NCBI GenBank assembly: GCA_947502965.1
Contig: CANNCG010000003.1
Location: forward strand, 1-32,531
Direction of reading: 5' to 3'
Origin: a bacterium
Lineage (GTDB): Bacteria; Margulisbacteria; Marinamargulisbacteria; SXXA01
Length of the DNA stretch: 32,531 nucleotides
The position numbers and the translations under genes were made by a program. This document shows positions 12,801-16,748 of the stretch, piece by piece. The stretch's first letter is position 1, and every line of letters starts with the position of its first letter. The notes below the pieces were generated by a model. It was not told where the DNA came from. It worked only from the letters and a program-made list of their open reading frames with translations, and made no database searches.

Positions 12801-14514
12801 ACCTGTCCTCTAAGGCAACAAAAAGGGGTGTATCACCTCCCAAAGAGGTCCCTTTTTCAACACGAAATACGCCATCTTGTTGCGCATTAACCCCCATGGT
12901 GTAGCGCTGTTGCGAAGTCGTATTATGCCCCGCTGTAAAGGTGATCGCTGGATTTTTTGTCGGCTCCGCGTCAAAACGGTTGGGGGCGGCAATCTCCAGA
13001 AGCGAGGTGGGGTCAGGACGACCTATCCCCACGTTGCCTTGCATGTAATACAAGCTGTTCTTACTATTACGCAGCCAGTACGTACTCTTCGAAAGGGTTA
13101 ACCGCAAAGGCACCCCGTTGATCAATAAATCTTGGGCATTCAGGGTTCCCATGACTTCCACTCTGTGGCCAGAAAGGGTGGTCCCAATCCCCAAGCTCCC
13201 GGTTGCAGAGATCTGCAACAGCGGAATATTTGCCGACGACGATGCCAAAAAAACAGGGCCGGTATCCCCCGATTTTCCAGCGACCTGCAAACGCGCAACA
13301 GGCGTCACACCCACCCCCAAACCAATCCCAGAATTGTGAATCAAGTCTGCCACAGAACCCATACTTGGCGGAGAAACAGGGCCAGCCCATCGGGCCACCC
13401 GATCCGCACGACCAGTGCCCAAAATCCCGGTCAAAGAACGCCATTCCTCCGTCCCAAACCCCGTGCTTAAATATCCCTGAAAATCTGAAAATGTGCCGAC
13501 AGAAGCCCAGCGAATCGTGCCGGTATTTCCCGAAGAGTTGGTATCCAGGCGAAGCCCCCCATTCACGTCCAGCTTTTCCTGCGGTGTGGCACGACCAATG
13601 CCCACCTGATGAGACAGAATATAGAGATTATAGGTAGGCTCTGTGGTCTTGACCCAAAAGTTTGATGCTGTAAGTGGATTGCCATTGCGGGTCAAATGGG
13701 TTGCATTCACAGTCGCTGCCACGTGAAGTGAAAAGCCCGTACTCGGAAACGCCGTCCGGATCCCCACCGGAAATTTGGTGGTATAAATATTGGCGGTAGT
13801 GACCGTACTCCTCAGCCAAGACATGCTATGGGAAAGTGGACGCCCATTCAAATACATATCTGTAAAATTTGCTATCCCCGCCACATCGACGGTATACCCA
13901 GGCGAAAACGTGCCTAACCCCAAACGCGCGCCACGCACCACCAACTTATTTTGCGTCACAACCAGCCCTGTTTGCACAGAAAATGTAGAGACGAAATTCC
14001 CAGACACGTCGGATGCCAAACCTGCTAAGCCCCGTTCCGCGATCCGCGCGTGCACCGCATAAGGCAGCGCTGTCATCGCAAAGGTCGCCGTTTGAGAAGG
14101 CAAAACCAACTGTAAAATGAGATTGGGAGACCGCAAGTTCGTGGGCATCAAAAGCCCGTTTTTCCCCAAAACAAAGGAAAACCCATTCTGTTTAAAAGAC
14201 AGATTACCCAAGCCCTCGGTATACACCACCGTTCCATTCGAAACCAAATTTACAGTGGCAGCAAAGACTTCTGTCCCATTTTGTCCCAAATAACGTCCCA
14301 ATGAAGACGAAAAAAACACATCTCGGACCGTAAACTGTACAGGGTTAGGGCGCCAAGCCTGCACCACCACAGAGGGACTCGTCGCGGTATCGATCACAAA
14401 AATAGAGGTATCAAATGATTGGGCAGGAACCACACCCGCCCCAAAGACACAGAAAACGGCACTGAAAAACAGCTTGGCGCAAAAGGCTGAGTTTAAATAC
14501 CGCTTGTTATCCAT
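847..14514 (-). CDS. Giant secreted repetitive fiber/adhesin-like protein (4555 aa): signal peptide, tail-fibre-like beta-helix repeats, distinct C-terminal domain ending in a predicted coiled coil
   Basis: Single uninterrupted 13.7-kb ORF; ATG at 14514 preceded by AAAGGA 7 nt upstream. N-terminus MDNKRYLNSAFCAKLFFSAVFCVFGAGVVPAQS looks like a signal peptide. More than 20 degenerate copies of (F/L)(M/L)GG-N-V-G-I-G-T-x-x-P-x-x-x-L-x-V (e.g. GNVGIGTTSPAAGLHV, GNVGIGTTAPATALAV, RVGIGTETPKTALDI). One segment, SHAIGGASHSLGG...GSFVWADAASGAFAAATQNQFLIRASGGVGINT, resembles phage tail-fibre / phi29 gp12-type repeats (from memory, not searched). Composition is T/S/G/V/A/N-rich with few charged residues. 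The C-terminal ~150 aa (ADYAEYLPKISAENLRPGDVV ... ELSVLETYLQTKYEERQAKIAVLRKR) ends in heptad-like sequence. Confidence 0.85.
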   Translation of the reverse strand: MDNKRYLNSAFCAKLFFSAVFCVFGAGVVPAQSFDTSIFVIDTATSPSVVVQAWRPNPVQFTVRDVFFSSSLGRYLGQNGTEVFAATVNLVSNGTVVYTEGLGNLSFKQNGFSFVLGKNGLLMPTNLRSPNLILQLVLPSQTATFAMTALPYAVHARIAERGLAGLASDVSGNFVSTFSVQTGLVVTQNKLVVRGARLGLGTFSPGYTVDVAGIANFTDMYLNGRPLSHSMSWLRSTVTTANIYTTKFPVGIRTAFPSTGFSLHVAATVNATHLTRNGNPLTASNFWVKTTEPTYNLYILSHQVGIGRATPQEKLDVNGGLRLDTNSSGNTGTIRWASVGTFSDFQGYLSTGFGTEEWRSLTGILGTGRADRVARWAGPVSPPSMGSVADLIHNSGIGLGVGVTPVARLQVAGKSGDTGPVFLASSSANIPLLQISATGSLGIGTTLSGHRVEVMGTLNAQDLLINGVPLRLTLSKSTYWLRNSKNSLYYMQGNVGIGRPDPTSLLEIAAPNRFDAEPTKNPAITFTAGHNTTSQQRYTMGVNAQQDGVFRVEKGTSLGGDTPLFVALEDRFGVGLANPQANLHVSGNLGLLLTGRFEAVNPGISPITATVSATGAGTRMVYHPAKGIFRVGYLSGTDTYQGTQWDDANLGIVTTAFGYDHLVSGNFSHAIGGASHSLGGAYATVLGGQGNAAYGDFSVAMGRGAAANNHGSFVWADAASGAFAAATQNQFLIRASGGVGINTRVTGLSIQLATKNVALTVYPKPVGAVHFLEILTDPSDWASAAAIVDGLKAQGHLLPSGEMAGAFNHDAVLSLPPGFAYAHLEPQIRAILALHNQNLVLNMVGGTAQALVYTQHGGLGIKTTTPTGNALVVMDTLQLNAPGNAQFVVHGASLGAPLFLTVGTENPVSSPSFVVSASGNVGVGKFPDLLVNGQAVVSSADPAYGYLDSVGSISAEAFIFPDGQQLSASTSVLVWSYINTTPNIYFPSANVNAYGRIAAVGNVGIGTSSPNSLLEISNRSSLQSLVGTSVSPVITFDLDGTDRYTFGVSRTQTDVFRIGPGGSASIGEGSPFAVLNNRVGIAITRPLTAALSVGGNALMGRLQIGTANLGATTHVAVTSVNANKFLVDNQLVDWIPINRDNRTTDVFYDTIFDPQAIPPLYSYVGIGTTQPQYSLDIIGTLNIVASANAPAIVMDNFIVEGDYYAQQLNLSDIQAGSIGELMVFNKELVLDTTDSVINISKVFTLGEGPGGYVGMWRVDAGVPSFSIFAPTNMYWVSATPTAAGILRVTANTEVEKYSRYSDSFSASNNISFGAGELSTMVRVQSVVSHDGVLANSRSHDAASLNVLIQTWPANPSDWQGVTPPMEIAGLNIHMKNLPYKNSPTYFSSKARAVGLHVDVSDVTLQQFTDPGYRYPAIFMGGDIGIGGTPNAQLGVSGNLLEVYGTLRAQAFNISEGLKISTINVLNAIYINAPGRVGIGTETPKTALDIKGDIQSIGMVAPMRAETLSAGGTLTIGTNGYVGMGISNPTAQWMLQKQFQSLPSSDFSFQIIDVEVGDNNVAKPLIGTYVALSSNSGNNYTNQLGDKDGIKRVVGTGYKVDLSGLNVPTGGVVVGLSATASSNRDTSRRVAVFMGGNVGIGTTTPAYPLEVAGTIYATNAPAASFLTEQEVASFSMLNVANNVKVTQGGHFQDLYVTTLRQDNLRLQGTLSIPEQSLVVGDRLFAQSFVSVNAMATLNAVTVVSTAGLQSVSVNKMAVGGVLSSEALRVYGTFTASSLNSTAGEIKVARLGVNDQTFVITEASRAGFGTASPASSVHMKTESYRLTNTDAVAVASDYRTWNPLILQASVATPGHAVGLVLLSNFDESGPSGAGVLGVKTFASGTDAASALAFVTDPEGGEAYPQERLRITDAGWVGIGTTLPTASLHVKGSVFSTAMTLPTASMFVNAMAGTNVTFSITTNVTSLLVLDRLRTPYLRIFPSGVTSISSDNGNLFVDSITKELFYEVKKNGFSVQGNLSVTSSVLPETVPYFKGNGSMAGVSFIKWATENTVGVLRITTSNEVTYSEGSRFAVIGLVSLNITEGKALQSIRLGFKDRSTPGSARFFGMDLALAGISYVHDRFVGLSVTVSDNLRTKTTLSNGTVVTGSAFAAAFLVGTESSGNVGVISGSDSDMVPSASLHIVAGRTHTPLWVQKKVDSVWLDALFVSSNAFVGMGTASPNSQLSVAATTDRAAMTLFSAAGASVLSVNNTGVGIGTSQPGQALSVVGTLSAPMTSFGGLQSSSLSVNTDNSGLLVSSLGEVMLGTTTPLGQFTMVRQFTTSAAMPLHFPMQDIRQTLNSTRTHNLTGIEVVVSTDASAIFEGSAGSKLARGMVLDLKDIVAITGNPVMGVYVDMGISKTAGAGRYAATFLGGNVGMGVSQPNVALDINGSIRANSLIASGGEWTLSAITTNAFFGGDARITTFNINNRNPMSLEVLSTLEIDGNTTVNIQSVQDANQFDAKVLHSVLGTANVVFVGAHSGFADNTVLGVSGSGLLGSLTVPTVTISSAITGETLTVNSPLVISANRVTHTGAIGMTYLQMAPVATQNPSAYTPYTTLFVSSQNAFADQALIFRNPNTGVMANVSSAILGVANRVAGYNENRRVSDQPFMTYTVRESSLGVTYSVLRVGTANATIASGNGVLGLYTGYGVTTGLGDVRAARISTGMGPRITPSSAVFTGVGVGLVGNGTPLGMAPGEVAGGVYVDMQSLRATMTLPNGDAVVGTKIAAIFRSGLQTSGNVGIHTGEDLGTSFLPGANLHVVSALTNPLWIQTASRTAMGSDGLGYLSVGEPIPSAKLSVKGYSDADAFALMAGTTQVMTGGDLGVAIGQLPNAAAWSVAGTASANQAGLGELVSGALQLGTSVAITSAGHLGIGSLLPDHALTIAKNIALPEQLTQNYTQRVVSMNLGKNGSISSVFVPFIGYEMSFAADGILGQFGTGVTPVEAVGLWVDLGDLQLGSNGVAYGIAVTMGHDAISTSRNPLVLLGGNVGIGTTAPATALAVSGVITGKDAVINTVSVNATSATFNRLVLPLGQSATLNTMTIIASGVDLEVLDTLRFDNTSGVTLNFQDHVSTQKEWTSEGLIADVATFNTLFIPQKPVGLATSFALWVSQNALFRHDLHIASMNNKYLSVNALMSTDDMFLPTLNIGLTNGLANVLTITTGNLKVGQSVYMTPISSSSVLSNQSLSGLVLLNDVMVADHIVPHYKYTNGEDRRNVPLLRMFHNYGSDRPPTMNMVMYGTDGIIAKNDGMWWEQDTTTGNHVHVVSTMFDQSKYSLGISASLNTTAFASGYSANKVTMGFGPRTGNRSSLFIGTHVVLDGVVTSNETAIGVRVDLSQLESESSTLLPLNEDFAVDGFKASAVFLAENNGDTQGTMGVFTLMDLGTSPTPDATLHVGSTVTANANVGPFLVGVLATPNALIVTVTSNVGLWTASGEAQLEITRLLVHATGDMGLLVRNAAQSPILTALQTGSVGIGSTEAIASLNVVHSASTGHALWIDNPTTSNPFVVTGAGRTGLGNTAPTAMFDMTFDKAKFTFPVDVVWTVSSQIDEGGGRWRYSLLGTYQIGGVSYTYGVIPRTNNTDVTSALKPVGSVWNGSTEIVDFISTNTTQTTGGAGPLRVAAANGVSLVVGQEGKLGIWRRSPTESYMAMAVSGSMTAGDDTTWTNVPKWLDNPPYPVIYPQLHGYAVRQSGDFSFVGHYRESAAVSADGVVMWGKDAGDVLLVKDVNQTELLRFGKTRVGVVSSDPQATLSIGATDISQYPFRVSTLVSPNAMTMDTAGKVGLGTLVPSQDLHVIGDFNISTGNPLTAGFVNSNYMALKSLSLGVLYATPPEFKETLPIHNVVMTLAAYSKDTHVTGLGYRLTSENAYTMAALANPNSQAVKVNGLVVDVTGLAIEEYATNKFGYKAAAVFMGGPMVIGHATVDDVAVISTANIAFQAYGMDRDGRRIATGNILKIKTTSPAGSGREMVLNYLGNEAVHHEVTPLAFTAIQGTDDTASAVMADALIEAGDMVKTTKGAYARSSGNIATANVNVKAILEQAKTKASVVFHVARGGNQDSFLYLMSGHNASTVTTSMVSAVGVGHVGIGFPMGNAHLAAIDRPFVVSGDVQLGVKTTSFFTSPAGWGAKAYFSGGRIYSPDGNSDNTHEYFMGRYNRSNAISELRINIGETSTTSPNPSSKLIVDTYPKKSSFVAANLVNWGEGTSLKTGFTVSVFGYVNPNDTTVLTELPIRAGVGIGTTSPAAGLHVVRRSEAEGGPSMTGIDPRTPFSHTVLIVSKGSSQNMALVNYGTATDANFMTFIHKDTTKVRTLGYKPTVLGSIEMDGFGGVQFASPEADYAEYLPKISAENLRPGDVVGVFNGQVSRATAGARSVRVISSRPIVAGNFPGLEQLNAFGLVAFMGQVPVRVRGVVRAGDYLIASGFQDGTAVAITASLVVNPAQIIGQAWTATDAAGESTVNAIVGMSFANKHIGARLGEVVSLRAEVAGIKTELSVLETYLQTKYEERQAKIAVLRKR

Positions 14515-14523
14515 GCTAATCCT

Positions 14524-15459
14524 TTAAAAGGCGAACCCCATGGACAGGTAATGTTTACCATTAAATTCTGGATGTTCACTTTTTTCCATCGCATAGTCCG
14601 CCGAGATCGAACCCAGTGTCAAGCCGATACCCAAGCTCACACCCCCCTTGACATTTTTCAAAACCAGAAACTCTTTATACCCACCAGACACCGTGATGTA
14701 AGGGAGAAAAGTAGGCGTATAAACAGCAGCAACGCTGTTGATCATTCTTTTGCTTTCCCCTACGATTTTGAACTGCCCCAACAGCTGGACATCCGGCATA
14801 AACAGGTAGCGAATCCCATACACCGTCTGGAGAGATAGGGTTTCGCTTCCCCCATTGGAGTATTTCACCTTGAGACCAGAAGCCACATTGCGCAAGACAA
14901 TAGAAGTCGCAAAGGTAGGGGTATCGTACAGCATCCCCGCGTCAAAATTGACACCGGAGCCTGTGTAGTCGTGAATTTTTGTAAAGTAATAACTCCCACT
15001 AAGACCAAGGTGAAGGTTCTCCGTTTGGGAAAAGCCATAGCTCAACTTCACCACACCATTCATATAGTCAAAATACGCCCCTGTCTCCAGAAAGATCGCG
15101 GTATCCCTATCTGAGGTAATGTCTTGCGTGGTCACCGCGATCCCACGCACCTCCGTCAGCATAATCCCTGCACCAAACACCCCATAGGGTGTCTTAATAG
15201 TTCCCGCCACATTTTTAAATTCAACCTCTTGCATCAGCTGGGAGTAGAAGAAGTTCAGGTGCCGCTCAGACGGAATCCCCACAATCCCTGCGGGATTGTC
15301 GAAGATACTGCTGGACAGCTTGCTAAACCCCTCGATATTGGCCATCCGAATCATCCGCGCCGAAGACCCTACGTTGGTGCCTTGGAAAAATTCCGCCTGC
15401 GCCAAAAGAGGCACGCCCCAAAGACCTATTAAACACAAAAACAGAGCGACGCTTTTCAT
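14524..15459 (-). CDS. Outer-membrane beta-barrel protein, possibly PorP/SprF-family T9SS membrane protein
   Basis: 311 aa with signal peptide (MKSVALFLCLIGLWGVPLLAQA) and C-terminal ...SMGFAF (terminal aromatic residue typical of OM beta-barrels). N-terminal AQAEFF...SSIFDNPAGIVGI resembles the PorP/SprF N-terminal signature (QQDPQFSQY...INPAYAG, from memory). The stop overlaps the SD of the giant gene; the ATG overlaps the upstream stop (ATGA). Confidence 0.5.
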   Translation of the reverse strand: MKSVALFLCLIGLWGVPLLAQAEFFQGTNVGSSARMIRMANIEGFSKLSSSIFDNPAGIVGIPSERHLNFFYSQLMQEVEFKNVAGTIKTPYGVFGAGIMLTEVRGIAVTTQDITSDRDTAIFLETGAYFDYMNGVVKLSYGFSQTENLHLGLSGSYYFTKIHDYTGSGVNFDAGMLYDTPTFATSIVLRNVASGLKVKYSNGGSETLSLQTVYGIRYLFMPDVQLLGQFKIVGESKRMINSVAAVYTPTFLPYITVSGGYKEFLVLKNVKGGVSLGIGLTLGSISADYAMEKSEHPEFNGKHYLSMGFAF

Positions 15460-16118
15460 GGGATCACCGCAACCTTTCCTTTAGCCAACACCTTCCCATC
15501 GTGCATGAGGAGATAGAAATAAACCCCTGCAGACAAAAAATATCCAGAGAACGAGTCCAAATCAAGCTTGAGCTTGTTAAAGCCGACTTTACCGCCGTTT
15601 GTACCCGCTATAAACGTATTTTTAAAAATTCTATTGGCCATCATGTCATACATTTGCAATTCAATATCCATATTCTTTGACAATTGGTACCCAAGCATGG
15701 CCTCGTCCTGCTGACGTGCTGGATTGGGATAAAACAAAGCCTTCCCGATGACCTCGGCTGCAATACTGGCATCTCTTACCGCTTCTTGATCCACCATCAC
15801 CGCCACTTGCGCTGAAGACAGCGGTCCCGTATCCGTTGATTTGTACCCAAAACTTAAGACTTGCAAACTCCCTTTGGTATTCGAAGTATCCCCATTCATA
15901 TTTGTACCGCTATTTGTCGCCTTAAACGCATCGGGAACGTTGGTCCCGAAATGCAAGATCTGGTTCAAAAACATAGACTCCACCTCAAGAATGCTAGTGG
16001 CATAGACAGGCCCCGTCCACACACAGAGTCCCACGCAGCCCACCCACAGCAGGAAGAGCGACTTGGCTGTTGTCACAACACTGCGCCCAAGACGCCTGAT
16101 TCCACGCATTCTAGCCAT
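15456..16118 (-). CDS. Small secreted protein with a type-IX-secretion C-terminal sorting domain (Por_Secre_tail-like)
   Basis: N-terminal signal/TM segment SLFLLWVGCVGLCVWTGPVYA. C-terminal ~85 aa ALFYPNPARQQDEAM...QMYDMMANRIF...LSAGVYFYLLMHDGKVLAKGKVAVIP matches the T9SS type-A CTD pattern (YPNPA ... iydl.G ... aGvYfv ... Kl.k). Two adjacent ATGs at 16121/16118; the second has better spacing from a GAAGGGG SD-like stretch. Confidence 0.6.
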   Translation of the reverse strand: MARMRGIRRLGRSVVTTAKSLFLLWVGCVGLCVWTGPVYATSILEVESMFLNQILHFGTNVPDAFKATNSGTNMNGDTSNTKGSLQVLSFGYKSTDTGPLSSAQVAVMVDQEAVRDASIAAEVIGKALFYPNPARQQDEAMLGYQLSKNMDIELQMYDMMANRIFKNTFIAGTNGGKVGFNKLKLDLDSFSGYFLSAGVYFYLLMHDGKVLAKGKVAVIP

Positions 16119-16197
16119 CATGCCCCTTCATATCGGACGAAAAGAGGCAAAACTTGCATGCGACTATACCCGTTCCAAAATAGAATCGGGATTCTGC

Positions 16198-16233
16198 GAC
16201 TAAGCTACGCAGGGTACCCTGCGTAGCTTAGTC
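16198..16233. promoter_or_regulatory. Perfect 36-bp palindrome (gactaagctacgcagggtaccctgcgtagcttagtc) in the divergent intergenic region; candidate operator or bidirectional regulatory hairpin
   Basis: Exact self-complementarity over 36 bp (17-bp arms around a GTAC centre). Preceded by a small hairpin agaat-cggg-attct (16182..16195). Followed by TTGACA (16248..16253), 18-bp spacer, TACGGT, which would put a transcription start next to the ATG at 16286. Confidence 0.5.
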
Positions 16234-16285
16234 CCCACATCCATTTCTTGACACCTTTGTCCAGCCCAGGGTACGGTAATAAACC

Positions 16286-16744
16286 ATGACAAAAGCAGGC
16301 GCCAACTTCATCCAGCCACTCAAAAACATTGAGGTCAAAGTCAGTTTTCAAAAAACACGATTCAAGGCTATTTGCCCCACATTTCCAGAATGCAAGGGCT
16401 TTGGAAAGAGTAAAGATGAGGCCATAAAAAAACTCTGCAAATCCATTTCAAAATTCATCAGCCAGGTCGCAGGGAGTTTGATAGAAAACGTCATTCGCGA
16501 GGCCACGAAGCCCACACCCATCCCCGAACCCGCCCAACTAAAACGGTCGTCACGCAACACAAAAAACACCTCAACATCCACGCCGCTTCTGAGCTACCCC
16601 GAAGACCAAATGATGTTTCGGGTCACCCCAGAGCAAGATATTCACACCCTGATGCACAGACTTCAGGGTGGTATGGATGAGGCAATCCCCATCCATTCTG
16701 AGATAGAAGGCTTCTACATGGGGTTTCCGTTGAGCCTCAACTAA
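16286..16744 (+). CDS. HicB-like (UPF0150) domain protein with C-terminal extension
   Basis: 152 aa. N-terminal region FKAICPTFPECKGFGKSKDEAIKKLCKSI matches the HicB/UPF0150 motif (a.vPdlPGc.a.G.T.eEA...ai). No cognate HicA seen. Ends 5 nt before thrS. Confidence 0.45.
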   Translation: MTKAGANFIQPLKNIEVKVSFQKTRFKAICPTFPECKGFGKSKDEAIKKLCKSISKFISQVAGSLIENVIREATKPTPIPEPAQLKRSSRNTKNTSTSTPLLSYPEDQMMFRVTPEQDIHTLMHRLQGGMDEAIPIHSEIEGFYMGFPLSLN

Positions 16745-16748
16745 GGCA

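Noticed and set aside
1574-14062. Dozens of 60-170-aa plus-strand ORFs from the six-frame track (e.g. 3800..4390, 5299..5721, 8476..8985, 10999..11475, 13203..13637)
   Set aside because: All lie antisense to, or out of frame inside, the 13.7-kb giant gene. Their products are low-complexity (R/P/H/Q-rich) with no recognisable domains; they are shadow ORFs of a long GC-moderate gene.
16122-16285. tRNA or small RNA gene in the divergent intergenic region
   Set aside because: No cloverleaf-compatible T-arm or anticodon stem. The structure is a perfect DNA palindrome better explained as a protein-binding site.
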